Virus record (IMG/VR): IMGVR_UViG_3300049169_000066
Location: 1-41,693 of that record
DNA from: a virus
Lineage: Duplodnaviria > Caudoviricetes
Direction: 5' to 3' (one strand)
DNA: 41,693 nt
Shown here: piece by piece, positions 25,542 to 35,075 of the stretch
How positions within the stretch are numbered: the stretch's first letter is position 1
How the letters are laid out: each line of letters begins with the position of its first letter
Translations under genes and position numbers: made by a program
The notes under the pieces: generated by a model
What the model was told of the DNA's origin: nothing
The model's input: only the letters and a program-made list of their open reading frames with translations
Database searches by the model: none

Positions 25542-26342
25542 ATGGCGGGACTGAAAACCATTCAGCGCGGAGGCTCGCGCTTCTACGTCCACCCGGAGAC
25601 CCGCGCGAAGTATCCGGGCGTTACCTCCGTGATCGACCAGCTTCCGAAGCAGTTCCTCACGTTCTGGTACGCGAAGATGACGGCCGAAGCGGCAGCCGAC
25701 AACATCGGAGCCGTGGTCCAGATGCTCATCAATGGTGAGCGAAAGGCCGCGATCGACTTCATGAAGGGTGCCGCTCGCCGGTACACGGGGGAAGCGGCCG
25801 ACATGGGCACGGAGGTTCACGACCTCTTCGAGCGACTCGCTCGGGGTGAGCGCGTCGGCAGGCTTCACCCGGAAGTCGAGAAGTACGCGAACCACATCCG
25901 CGAGTTTCTCGACCAGGTTCAGCCGGAGTTTCTCCACATCGAAGACACCGTGTGGAGCGACGCGCACGAGTACGCCGGCTCATTCGATTGGATCGCGCGC
26001 ATCGGCGATGAAATCGTGATGGGCGATACGAAGACGACGCGGAGCGGCATCAAGCCGCCCGTAGCGCTCCAGCTCGCCGCGTACACGTTCGCGGATCACA
26101 TCATCACGCAGAGTGGCGCGAAGGTCGACCTCCCGAAGATCGACGCGGCAGCCGTCTTCCACGCCCGCCCGGAGGGTTGGTCGCTGACGCCGGTCCGTGC
26201 CGATCGGAAGGTCTTCGACTACTTCCTGAAGCTCCGGGCTGTCTTCGACTGGGAGAAGGTCGAGAGCGAAACCGTGATCGGTCAGCCGGTCGCCGGTACC
26301 GAGATCAGCACCACGGGCAGTCAGCGCCGCGCGTCCCGCTGA
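25542..26342 (+). CDS. Cas4-like PD-(D/E)XK exonuclease
   Basis: YPGVTSVI, GTEVH, YAGSFD, DTKT, QLAAY. Confidence 0.88.
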   Translation: MAGLKTIQRGGSRFYVHPETRAKYPGVTSVIDQLPKQFLTFWYAKMTAEAAADNIGAVVQMLINGERKAAIDFMKGAARRYTGEAADMGTEVHDLFERLARGERVGRLHPEVEKYANHIREFLDQVQPEFLHIEDTVWSDAHEYAGSFDWIARIGDEIVMGDTKTTRSGIKPPVALQLAAYTFADHIITQSGAKVDLPKIDAAAVFHARPEGWSLTPVRADRKVFDYFLKLRAVFDWEKVESETVIGQPVAGTEISTTGSQRRASR

Positions 26343-26368
26343 GCCCACCCGAGAGGGGAGCCCCGACC

Positions 26369-26773
26369 ATGCCGACGCACGAGATCACGTTCAAGACGAC
26401 GAAGGTTCCCGCGGATCTGCCGAAGGGGGCGACCGTGACGGAGGTCTCGCGGTTCCCGGTCGTCGTCGAGCGTCGCGGGAGCGAACTGGAGCTGTTCCCG
26501 GTCCCGGCGAACGAAGCCACGAAGGCATCCGGCGTCGTCGCCGCGATCCACGTCAACGGCGAGCACGTCGAGCTGACCACGGAGACCGCGCGGCAGCTCG
26601 CCCGTGAGCTGACGAACTTCGTTCAGTCCCGTGAGTCGATGCTCGCGATCGAAAAGCGCGCGGCCGACAGGAAGGCTGCCGAAGAGCAGGCCGAGCGCGC
26701 ACGTCAGCAGCTCTCGCGACTGCTCTACAACCACGGCGGTGCTCCGCGGCGCCGGTCGCCGCTCGTCTACTGA
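26369..26773 (+). CDS. hypothetical protein
   Basis: ATG after GAGGGGAG; GC-rich codon usage. Confidence 0.7.
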   Translation: MPTHEITFKTTKVPADLPKGATVTEVSRFPVVVERRGSELELFPVPANEATKASGVVAAIHVNGEHVELTTETARQLARELTNFVQSRESMLAIEKRAADRKAAEEQAERARQQLSRLLYNHGGAPRRRSPLVY

Positions 26774-26789
26774 GTTTTTTTGACCGATC

Positions 26790-26853
26790 CACACAAGGAA
26801 CTGTGTGCGACTCGGCTTCTCTTCTGGCCTGGTCACACAAGGAACTGTGTGTG
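26790..26853. promoter_or_regulatory. operator-A pair, 44 bp apart
   Basis: CACACAAGGAACTGTGTG at 26790 and 26834; TTGACC at 26780. Confidence 0.75.
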
Positions 26854-26885
26854 ACTAACCCGGTTGTCGACCTGGAGGTTCGCCC

Positions 26886-27566
26886 TTGCTCCGCATCTAC
26901 GAAACCGACCCTGACGCGAAGCCGCGTCCGAAGAACAACTTCACGAACGATCTCGTCGGCCGCTTCCGCGCCGGGATCGTCGTCGGTCGACTGCCTCAGG
27001 CGCTCAGCGAGTGGCGCGTGACGACCGACGATGCCGACGTGGCGGACCGGCTCGCCGAGCTGTACGGCGGTACGCCGGAGGAGTGGGACACCGACAAGAG
27101 CGACAACGTTCAGGTACTCACCGACGCGAAGAGCGTGAAGGTCGTCATCGAGAAGGCGACCGACCTCACCGCGCGGATGGCGCTCTACGGCAACGCCGGT
27201 CCCATCCACGTGTGCGATGGCGCTTACCACGTCGAAGGCCACCCGGAGGCCGAAGAGATCGGCGAGCCGTGCGGGTGCGCGCGGCAGCTCGCGAAGCGCA
27301 AGGAGAAGGCGAAGGCCGGCGTCGGTCCGAAGCCTGACATCAAGCTGCGCTTTCGGCTCGCGGACGATCCCGATCTCGGGATCTTTCTCTTCTCGACCGG
27401 CTCGTGGACGCTCGTCGAGGATCTCGAAGGGCTCGCGAAGTCACTTGCGGAGGCGACCGGTCCGGTTCGCGCCGAGTTGGCGCTGAAGCACGTCGCGTAC
27501 ACCACGAAGGGCGGTCGCGACGTGTCGTACCACCGGCCCGAGATCACGATCCTGGGTCCGGCCTAG
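26886..27566 (+). CDS. phiC31 gp3-like protein (recombination directionality factor / replication protein)
   Basis: Shares VGRF..G, WR.TT, GGTP, CDG, PCGC, LADDP.LG.F.F.TGSWTL and SY..P.IT motifs with phiC31 gp3 as I recall it. Confidence 0.85.
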   Translation: MLRIYETDPDAKPRPKNNFTNDLVGRFRAGIVVGRLPQALSEWRVTTDDADVADRLAELYGGTPEEWDTDKSDNVQVLTDAKSVKVVIEKATDLTARMALYGNAGPIHVCDGAYHVEGHPEAEEIGEPCGCARQLAKRKEKAKAGVGPKPDIKLRFRLADDPDLGIFLFSTGSWTLVEDLEGLAKSLAEATGPVRAELALKHVAYTTKGGRDVSYHRPEITILGPA

Positions 27567-27653
27567 GAACCCTCGCACCACTGAGCCCCCGTGTCTGTCC
27601 CGCGTGGACGGTCATGGGGGCTCTTTGGCGTACCCACACACGGAAGGGGCGAA

Positions 27654-27758
27654 GTGAACTTCGCACGGAACCTCGCGCTCTTCGCGGTCGCGTTCGTCGC
27701 CGGGTACTGCTCCGGGCTCGGGTTGTGGCTGCTCTCGTGGTTGGCGTCGTTGCCGTGA
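27654..27758 (+). CDS. 34-aa hydrophobic peptide
   Basis: GTG after GAAGGGG; MNFARNLALFAVAFVAGYCSGLGLWLLSWLASLP; stop overlaps the MTase GTG. Confidence 0.55.
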   Translation: MNFARNLALFAVAFVAGYCSGLGLWLLSWLASLP

Positions 27759-28315
27759 CGCCGGCTCCACGTCAGGGCTCGCTGTGCTCCGGCTACGGCG
27801 GGTTGGACATCGCGGCTAGCGCGGTCTTCGGCAGCGTGCCCGTGTGGTACGCGGACAACGCGACCCCGGCTATCCGCGTGCACGCGCACCACTGGCCGAG
27901 CCTGCCGAATCTCGGCGACGTCAAGTCCGTGGACTGGTCGACGGTCGAGCCGGTCGACCTGGTCACAGCCGGCTACCCGTGTCAGCCCTTCAGCTACGCG
28001 GGACAACGGAAAGGGGATCAGGATGACCGGCATCTCTGGCCGTACATCGCCGAAGCTCTTCGCGTGCTTCGACCGGGAATCGTCATCCTGGAGAACGTCG
28101 CGGGTCACCGGTCGAAGGGCTTCGGGGACGTACTCGGCGACCTGGCCGAGATGGGGTATCACGCGGCATGGGGAAGCGTTCGAGCTTCCGACGTTGGCGC
28201 ACCTCACGGCCGCGATCGAGTCTTCATCGTTGCTACCGACCCCGGACACCGGCACGTCGCCGAATGGACACGGGGTCAGGGGTGGCCGATGGGGGAACGG
28301 GAGGCAGAGCGGTAA
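27755..28315 (+). CDS. C5-cytosine DNA methyltransferase, N-terminal subunit (motifs I-VIII)
   Basis: SLCSGYGG (I), GYPCQPFS (IV), ENV (VI), PHGRDRVF (VIII); lacks motifs IX-X. Confidence 0.9.
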   Translation: MTPAPRQGSLCSGYGGLDIAASAVFGSVPVWYADNATPAIRVHAHHWPSLPNLGDVKSVDWSTVEPVDLVTAGYPCQPFSYAGQRKGDQDDRHLWPYIAEALRVLRPGIVILENVAGHRSKGFGDVLGDLAEMGYHAAWGSVRASDVGAPHGRDRVFIVATDPGHRHVAEWTRGQGWPMGEREAER

Positions 28316-28745
28316 GAGCCTCACAGCGGCAGCTCGGTACGTGGGCGAGTCCGCGCTTCTGCCCACGCCGAAGGCGAGCGACGCGACGCGGGGAGCCGGC
28401 CCTTCGGAGTACCGGCGGAAGACTCCGATCCTGCTCGCGGTCGCACGGCGGATCGCGGACGGGAACCACGGCTCGTCGCCGCTCGACTGGCGGGAGTTCG
28501 AGCCTGCGGTTCGACGCTGGGAGCGGCTGTCCGGGCTCGCCGCGCCGTTCCCGACCACGGAAGGGAAGCGCGGAGCACGGGTGCTCAATCCCGCTCTTCC
28601 GGAATGGATGATGGGGCTCCCTCCGGGGCACGTCACCGGAGTTCCCGACGTGACGCGAACGGAGATGATCGCGCTACTCGGGAACGGTGTCTTCCCGCTT
28701 CAGGCCGAGACGGCTATCCGGGCGCTCGTGCGGGTGCTCGCGTGA
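28023..28745 (+). CDS. C5 methyltransferase C-terminal subunit (variable region and motifs IX-X), +1 frame, overlapping
   Basis: Two LLPTP repeats, RVLNP..PEWMMGLP (IX), LLGNGV (X); AAGGGG SD before ATG 28023. Confidence 0.85.
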   Translation: MTGISGRTSPKLFACFDRESSSWRTSRVTGRRASGTYSATWPRWGITRHGEAFELPTLAHLTAAIESSSLLPTPDTGTSPNGHGVRGGRWGNGRQSGKSLTAAARYVGESALLPTPKASDATRGAGPSEYRRKTPILLAVARRIADGNHGSSPLDWREFEPAVRRWERLSGLAAPFPTTEGKRGARVLNPALPEWMMGLPPGHVTGVPDVTRTEMIALLGNGVFPLQAETAIRALVRVLA

Positions 28746-28927
28746 AGGTGATCCGCATCGACGGCTTCGGGGCTCCGGCTCCGGGGGACATCCGGGCAGT
28801 GGAGCCCGGTACTCGAATCGAACTCCACGACTCGGCGAACGAGCGTCACGACTGGTTCTCGATCCTGTCCGCGCTCACAACCGCGGTTGCTCGCGGAGCC
28901 TCAGTCGTGTGGACAAAGGAGGACTGA
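28742..28927 (+). CDS. hypothetical protein
   Basis: GTGA coupling to the previous stop; 61 aa. Confidence 0.6.
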   Translation: MKVIRIDGFGAPAPGDIRAVEPGTRIELHDSANERHDWFSILSALTTAVARGASVVWTKED

Positions 28928-28931
28928 GGAC

Positions 28932-29153
28932 ATGCCCGAAGCTCACGAGCTGATGCCGATACCGGGACTGCCGGGTTACCGGATGTCCTTCGCCGGTCAG
29001 GTGTTCGCGCCGGAAGGCCGCATCGCGCGGGAGTTCGCTCTCTTCGGCTCACCTCACGTTGTGGTGCGCACACCACGTCCGGCACTGGTGTCGGCTCGTG
29101 AGCTTTGGGCTCGGACGTGGAACCCGGAAGGGAGGCTCGCGGGTGCACATTGA
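28932..29153 (+). CDS. small protein with NUMOD4-like start
   Basis: PIPGLPGYRMS..G.V; AAGGAGG upstream; carries an exact operator B. Confidence 0.55.
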   Translation: MPEAHELMPIPGLPGYRMSFAGQVFAPEGRIAREFALFGSPHVVVRTPRPALVSARELWARTWNPEGRLAGAH

Positions 29154-31542
29154 TCGGCTGCTCGACCGGCTCGGAAACGGAACGGTGCTCGAAGAGAGCG
29201 GGGGAGTGCTGGTCCACTGTCCGGCACACGCAGACGGTAAGCCGAGTTTGTTCGTCAGCCTGAAGGAAGACGGCCGCGCGCTCGTCTACTGCCGCGCCGG
29301 GTGCGCCACGTCGAAGGTGCTCGAAGCGGCTGAGCTGAGCGAAGCCGAGCTGTTCAACGTCCGGGGCGAGCCCACGCTGTCGAACGCTCCGCTCGTCGAA
29401 CTCGACCCCGGAGTGATCGCGGCTCTGAACGGCTACGTCACTGCCGCGAGCAATGCGTTTGCGGGCTCTGAGAGCGCCGTATACGCGTCGGACCGGTTCG
29501 GCCTGACTGAGGACATGGGTCGGGAACTCCGACTCGGCCACGATGACGGGACGGTCAGCGTCGGCCGGTCCCGCGACTACCGCTCGAAGGCGTACGCGGC
29601 TTACCCGAGAGTGGTCGTTCCGTTCTTCGACTGGTCGGGAATGCCGCGCGGCCTTCAGGGGCGCGACATCTCCGGAGGCTGTCCCGCGCGGTGGCTGAAT
29701 CTCGCTTCGCCCGCTCCGGGCATGAAGTGGTCGGCAATCGGGGTGCTCCGGACCGGCGACAGCTACCCGACTGTGGTCGTCACGGAAGGTCCGGGAGATG
29801 GTCTCGCAACGGTCGCGGTGGGCTACACAGCCGTAATCGTCCGCGGCGCCGGTATCGCTCGCGCCGAACGCACGGCTCGGGAGATCGCGGCGGGGGCTGA
29901 TGGGGCGGACATCGTGCTAGCCGGCGACAACGACGCGGCCGGACGGGAGTTCGTGAACGCACTCGGCGCGAACCTGGCAGCGCTCGGCATCACGGCGCGC
30001 GTGCTCGCGATCCCGGAGCAGTACGAAGACGTCGCCGATTGGCGGGAGAAGGACCAGCTCGGCTTCGCTGCCGCGTTCCACCAGGCCGTGAGCAACGCGC
30101 CGAAGTGGGTACCGCCGGTCGACGAGCCCGAGCCCCCGAAGCGTCAGGAGGTCCGGACGATGCAAGGGACCGACATCGAACACGCCCGTAAGGCGCTGGA
30201 GATCGTCGGCCGCGACACCCGCCACGTCGACGGGGTCGGCTTCCTGACGTGGAACGGCCGCGTCTGGGAGCAGATGTCAGCCACCCGCGAACGCGCGATC
30301 GGTCACCGGGTCGCGGACGCGCTCGTGAAGGAACTCGCCGAGATGCCGCGCGGCGACAAGGACGGATCGAGAGAGGAGCAGCGTCAAGCGGAGGACTACG
30401 CGAACGCGGTTCGGTCCACGCGCCGGATGCACATGGATTCCGGCATCAAGGCCGCGCTCGAACACCTTCGCACCATCACGGCCGCGAACGTGGGCGACTT
30501 CGATTCACGTCACCACCTGCTCAGCTTCCGGAACGGGACGGTCGACCTCCGGACCGGGCAGCTCCGCGAGCACCGACGCGAAGACCGGTTGACGCGGTAC
30601 GTCGATCTCGACTTCGACGAGAGCGCCGAGTGCCCCCGGTGGCTCCAGTTCCTAGCGGAGGTCTTCCCGAACGATCCGGCGCTTCCCGACTTCATGGCTC
30701 GGCTGATCGGCTACGGGATCAGCGGGGAGACCAGGGAGCACGTCTTCGCTCTGCTCTACGGGCACGGCAGCAACGGGAAGAGCGTCTTCCTGAACACGCT
30801 CGCTTCCGTGTTCGGAGGCATCACCGGGCACATGAGCCAAGCGGCTATCGCCTATACCCGGAGCTTCGATCCGGGCGCGGCTAATCCCGCGTTGGCAGCG
30901 CTCCGGGGGATCAGGCTCGCGGTGCTGTCGGAGCTGAGCGACGGACTCAGGTTGAACGAAGCTCTCCTGAAGCAACTCACCGCCGGCGATCCGGTGGTGG
31001 CGCGCGAGCTGTACCGGGGTCAGTTCGTCTTCACTCCGACCGCGCTCATGATCATGGCGACCAACTACAAACCTGACGTGAGGGGTCAGGACGATGGTTT
31101 CTGGAGGCGAACCCGGCTGATCCCGTTCCTCCGGGAGTTCTCCGGTCAGGAGAAGGACAGCGGCCTTCCGGGGCGACTGCTCGCCGAAGCTCCGGGTATC
31201 GCCGCGTGGGCCGTCCGGGGTGCGGTCGAGTGGTACGCGACCGGACTCGCCGAGCCTGAGTCGGTTCAGACGGCCGTCCGCGAGTACCGGCGAAGCGCGG
31301 ACGTGCTCGACGGGTTCCTTCCGGGAGTGCTTGCTTTCGAGGACGGCGCAGAAATCCCGCTCGGGAACGCCTTTGACCTATACCGCGACTGGGCCGACCT
31401 GGAGCAGATGGAGCCCGCTCGACGCTGGGGCAAGATCCGCTTCCGTCAGCAGCTCGAAGCACGGAAGGTCGGCACGACCAGACGGAACAAGGGCGTCGTT
31501 CTGCTCGGCGTGCGTCGAGCAAGACCCGATGAGGTCACCTAA
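29143..31542 (+). CDS. primase-helicase (zinc finger, TOPRIM, D5/SF3 helicase)
   Basis: CPAHAD...C.AGC, TEGPGD, GDND, D5-N NGTVDL, Walker A GHGSNGKS, MATNYKP. Confidence 0.93.
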   Translation: MHIDRLLDRLGNGTVLEESGGVLVHCPAHADGKPSLFVSLKEDGRALVYCRAGCATSKVLEAAELSEAELFNVRGEPTLSNAPLVELDPGVIAALNGYVTAASNAFAGSESAVYASDRFGLTEDMGRELRLGHDDGTVSVGRSRDYRSKAYAAYPRVVVPFFDWSGMPRGLQGRDISGGCPARWLNLASPAPGMKWSAIGVLRTGDSYPTVVVTEGPGDGLATVAVGYTAVIVRGAGIARAERTAREIAAGADGADIVLAGDNDAAGREFVNALGANLAALGITARVLAIPEQYEDVADWREKDQLGFAAAFHQAVSNAPKWVPPVDEPEPPKRQEVRTMQGTDIEHARKALEIVGRDTRHVDGVGFLTWNGRVWEQMSATRERAIGHRVADALVKELAEMPRGDKDGSREEQRQAEDYANAVRSTRRMHMDSGIKAALEHLRTITAANVGDFDSRHHLLSFRNGTVDLRTGQLREHRREDRLTRYVDLDFDESAECPRWLQFLAEVFPNDPALPDFMARLIGYGISGETREHVFALLYGHGSNGKSVFLNTLASVFGGITGHMSQAAIAYTRSFDPGAANPALAALRGIRLAVLSELSDGLRLNEALLKQLTAGDPVVARELYRGQFVFTPTALMIMATNYKPDVRGQDDGFWRRTRLIPFLREFSGQEKDSGLPGRLLAEAPGIAAWAVRGAVEWYATGLAEPESVQTAVREYRRSADVLDGFLPGVLAFEDGAEIPLGNAFDLYRDWADLEQMEPARRWGKIRFRQQLEARKVGTTRRNKGVVLLGVRRARPDEVT

Positions 31543-31715
31543 CCACGCGGGTGAACCAATGCCGTTCGGTCTCAGCTGAAACGACGGCCGGGCTTCCGCA
31601 GGTCGCGACACCGCTCGGCGCGGATCGCGGCAGACCACTACCGATCTCGACGTGGCCGGACTGAGGGACTCCCTCGGTCCGGCCGCTTCGTGCTGCCCGG
31701 ATGAAGGGAGACGGC

Positions 31716-33584
31716 TTGCGCATACAGACTCACCGCGTCGCGGGCGACGAAGTCACCATTCGCGTGACGGAGACGCTCGACGATCTCGACCGGTTCGCCG
31801 ATTGGGTCCGGTTCGTCGGCCGGCGCGTGGTCGCGTTCGATACGGAGACGACCGGGCTCGACGTCTTCTCGACCGGCTTCCGGCTTCGCGTGGCTCAGTT
31901 CGGCACGGCTAGGGAAGCATGGGTGATCCCGGTCGACCGGCTGTGCCTCCCGGAGCCTTACGCGAGTGCGGCGCTCGACGCGGCTTCGCGAGCGCTTCGG
32001 AGCCTGCCGCGCGTCACGATCCATAACGCGCCGTTCGACTCGATCGTGGCGAGTGAACACATGCTCGGCGTGGACCTGGTCGAGCTGTGGAGCAGGGTCA
32101 CCGATACCGCGATCCTCTGTCACCTCTGCGACCCGCGCGGCCCGGAGGACGGGGGACCAGGGCTCAGCCTGAAGACCAACTCGGCGCGACGCGTCGACCC
32201 GAACGCACCCGACACGGCGAACGGGCTGACGGCCGTGTTCCGGTCGTTGGGCCACACGAAGGCGACCGGGTGGGAAGCGATCCCGATCGACCACCCGACG
32301 TACACGCTCTATGCGGGGCTTGACGTCATCCTCGGAGCGCGGCTTCACGAGTCGCTCGCGGCCGAAGTGGCGAACCGCGGTTTCGACCGGCTCGCCGAGT
32401 TCGAACACGCGGTGGCTCGGATCTGCACACAGATGGAAGCGCTCGGGGTCCGCGTCGATCCGGAGTACCTGGAGCAGCTCCGCGACACGCTCGCGGCCGA
32501 GTACGACGCTCAGGCAGCGCTCGCGCTCGCCTACGGGGTCCGCTCGGTCAACGCGCCGGCTCAGGTCTCAGCGGCGCTGCTCGGCATGGGCGAAGAGCTG
32601 ACCGAACTCACCGACGCGGGGAACCTGTCGGTTGACAAGGAAGTCCTTATGCCGCTTGCGGATCTCGACCGCGAGTGGCAACGGGTCGGAGCGCGGGAAC
32701 CCAACCCGCTCGCCGATGCGGTGCTGAGGGCGAAGCGCGCGGGGAAGTGGCGCACGTCCTACGCCGAAGCGATGCTCGCCCGCCGCGATGCGGACGATCG
32801 GATTCACCCGAGTATCGCGAGCCTGAAGGCGCGTACCGCCCGAATGAGCATCTCGCGGCCGGCGCTTCAGCAGCTCCCCGCCGGCGACTGGGTCATTCGA
32901 CGGGCACTGATCGCGGAGGAAGCCGGTGTGTTCGGCTCCGTCGACTACGCGGCCGTAGAGATGCGCATCCTCGCGGCGCTCGCGGCTGACCCCGTGATGA
33001 TGCGCGCGATCCACGAAGGGAGGGATCTGCACGACTTCACGGCCGAGCTGCTGTACGGCCCGGAGTTCACGAAGTTTCACCGGAAGGTCGCTAAGGGGAT
33101 CGGCTTCGGGAAGGTCTACGGCGGTGGCGCGGAGACGCTGAGCCGGCAGACCGGCGCTCCGCTCGGTCAGGTGAAGGCCGCGCTCAGGGAGTACGACCGG
33201 CAGTACCGGGCAGTCAAGCGCTACTCATCGCGCCTGGTCAGTCGCGCTGAGTACGGGCGTCGGGAAGTTGTCACGCCGGCGGGACGTGTGCTCCCGCTCG
33301 ACCGGCGACGTCTCTACGCGGCCGTGAACTACATGGTCCAGTCGACCGCGCGGGACGTGCTCGCTCAGGCGCTGCTCGATATGGACGCGAAGGGGCTGAC
33401 CCCTTACCTCCGGTTGCCCATCCACGACGAAGTCGTGTTCACGGCACCGAAGGACATCGCGGGGGAAGTCGGCCGGTCGATCGCGGACACCATGCGCGTT
33501 CCCGATTTCTTCGGCGTGCCGCTCGACACGGATTTGGAGATCGGCGGTCGCTCGTGGGGCTCGCTCTACGGCGCTGCCGCATGA
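31716..33584 (+). CDS. family A DNA polymerase (3'-5' exonuclease plus polymerase)
   Basis: DTETTG, HNAPFD, YAGLD exo motifs; DYAAVEMR, RKVAKGIGFGKVYG, IHDEV; TTG after AAGGGAG (ATG 31701 is an alternative). Confidence 0.95.
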   Translation: MRIQTHRVAGDEVTIRVTETLDDLDRFADWVRFVGRRVVAFDTETTGLDVFSTGFRLRVAQFGTAREAWVIPVDRLCLPEPYASAALDAASRALRSLPRVTIHNAPFDSIVASEHMLGVDLVELWSRVTDTAILCHLCDPRGPEDGGPGLSLKTNSARRVDPNAPDTANGLTAVFRSLGHTKATGWEAIPIDHPTYTLYAGLDVILGARLHESLAAEVANRGFDRLAEFEHAVARICTQMEALGVRVDPEYLEQLRDTLAAEYDAQAALALAYGVRSVNAPAQVSAALLGMGEELTELTDAGNLSVDKEVLMPLADLDREWQRVGAREPNPLADAVLRAKRAGKWRTSYAEAMLARRDADDRIHPSIASLKARTARMSISRPALQQLPAGDWVIRRALIAEEAGVFGSVDYAAVEMRILAALAADPVMMRAIHEGRDLHDFTAELLYGPEFTKFHRKVAKGIGFGKVYGGGAETLSRQTGAPLGQVKAALREYDRQYRAVKRYSSRLVSRAEYGRREVVTPAGRVLPLDRRRLYAAVNYMVQSTARDVLAQALLDMDAKGLTPYLRLPIHDEVVFTAPKDIAGEVGRSIADTMRVPDFFGVPLDTDLEIGGRSWGSLYGAAA

Positions 33585-33600
33585 AGGGAGGTGAGCAGGG

Positions 33601-34251
33601 ATGCGCTGTCACGTCTGCGGTACGCGGGAGAAGGTCCGCCCGATCATCGGTCCGCGCGGTCGGAGGTTCTTCCTTTGTGGTGTGCACACCAGGGAGCACT
33701 ACAAAGCCAAGCGTCGCGCCGAGTGCTCGGCGACGCTCCGGGAGTACGGGGACGTCGGCCGGCTGATCGGCCACGCCGAAGCCCATCACGTAGCGCTGAG
33801 GGCCGAGACGCTCGGCGGAGCCGCGGCGCCGGTCGTCGAAGCGTTCCTGACGGCCGTCCGGGACGTGTCGGTGAGGTACTTCGCCGAGTTCGAAGCTCAG
33901 GCTTACCGCGTCTTCCCCAGCTACAGGGATCGGCAACGGGCTCGCGGGCACAAGGTGCGAGCCGCTGAGAAGCTCGCTCACTCGCTGCCGGTCGACGTCC
34001 CGTGGCTTCGGAGGGTCTACCGGGACAGGTGCGTCTACTGCGCTGCCAAGAGTGAGCACATCGACCACCTGTGGCCGCTGGCCGGCGGGGGCGACGATGC
34101 ACCGTGGAACCTCGCTCCCGCGTGCTCCGCGTGCAACTGGAGCAAGGGAGCGAAGCCGCTACGGCTGTGGCTCCCGGAGCACCTGGCGCAACTCGCCGAG
34201 CCCACGCGCGCCGAGCTGGTCGCACTGTGGACCGGGCTCACGGCCGCGTGA
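33601..34251 (+). CDS. HNH endonuclease
   Basis: CVYC...IDHLWPLAGGGDDAPWNLAPACSACNWSKG. Confidence 0.88.
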   Translation: MRCHVCGTREKVRPIIGPRGRRFFLCGVHTREHYKAKRRAECSATLREYGDVGRLIGHAEAHHVALRAETLGGAAAPVVEAFLTAVRDVSVRYFAEFEAQAYRVFPSYRDRQRARGHKVRAAEKLAHSLPVDVPWLRRVYRDRCVYCAAKSEHIDHLWPLAGGGDDAPWNLAPACSACNWSKGAKPLRLWLPEHLAQLAEPTRAELVALWTGLTAA

Positions 34252-34718
34252 AGACGTGTCGCCGATGCGCGGTCGACCGGGCGCTGAGCGAGTTCAACCG
34301 GGACGCGACACGGCCTGACGGTCGACACCCGTACTGCAAGCCGTGTCGCTCGGCGCTCCACGCGGACAACCGCGACCGGGCGCTAGCTCGGATGGCAGCG
34401 CGAGCGATCCGCTCCCGCGAAGCCGATCGAGATCGGCGGTACCTGACCCGGTACGGCATCCCAGCGGCAGAGGTCGACCGGCTCCGCGCCGAGCAGGGGT
34501 ACCGGTGCGCCATCTGTGGTCGCCACGAAGACCAGCTCCCTAGGGGCTTGTTCGTCGACCACGACCACGTGAGCGGGCTCGTTCGCGCGCTGCTCTGCCA
34601 GTCATGCAACACAGCCCTAGGGCTGCTCGACGACAGCCCGGAGGCGCTCCGGGCAGCTATCCGCTATCTGCTCATGGCCGAGGAACTCGCGGCTATCGCA
34701 GACCACGAAACCCGTTGA
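34248..34718 (+). CDS. endonuclease VII-family protein
   Basis: N-terminal CxxC...CKPC; CAICG...VDHDH.SG.VRALLCQSCN.ALG. Confidence 0.88.
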   Translation: MKTCRRCAVDRALSEFNRDATRPDGRHPYCKPCRSALHADNRDRALARMAARAIRSREADRDRRYLTRYGIPAAEVDRLRAEQGYRCAICGRHEDQLPRGLFVDHDHVSGLVRALLCQSCNTALGLLDDSPEALRAAIRYLLMAEELAAIADHETR

Positions 34719-34736
34719 AAGGCAACGACATTGACC

Positions 34737-35075
34737 ATGCGTACCGCACCGTTCGACGACATCGCCGCTCGGCTCCGCGTCGCCGCGTCGACCTTCGAGC
34801 GCTGGGCTCCGATCGTTCAGGCAGTCGCCGACGAGCGCCCGGAGGCCGTCCCTCCGGTCATCGTGAAGGGTGTCCCGCGTCCCGTGGAGGCGCTCGTTCT
34901 CGCTCGGGAAGAGCAGGGCATCACGCGCCACGTCGACCGCACCCGCACGGCAGCGATTCAGGCTGTCCTTCAGGCCGAGCGGGCGATCGTCGAAGCCGAG
35001 TTGGCCGAGCGCGCGTACTCGCGTGGCCGTGCGTTGCCCACTCAGCGAGCGGTCCAAACCGCTGAAATCGTATGA
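34737..35075 (+). CDS. hypothetical helical phage protein
   Basis: Co-oriented ORF with GAAAGG SD. Confidence 0.6.
   Translation: MRTAPFDDIAARLRVAASTFERWAPIVQAVADERPEAVPPVIVKGVPRPVEALVLAREEQGITRHVDRTRTAAIQAVLQAERAIVEAELAERAYSRGRALPTQRAVQTAEIV

Noticed and set aside
31716-33584. Intein or intron in the polymerase (also checked primase and terminase)
   Set aside because: Motif spacing and lengths look ordinary; no splice motifs or frame breaks
27755-34718. Methyltransferase plus HNH/EndoVII genes as a restriction-modification system
   Set aside because: The nucleases are ~5 kb away and match common free-standing phage families
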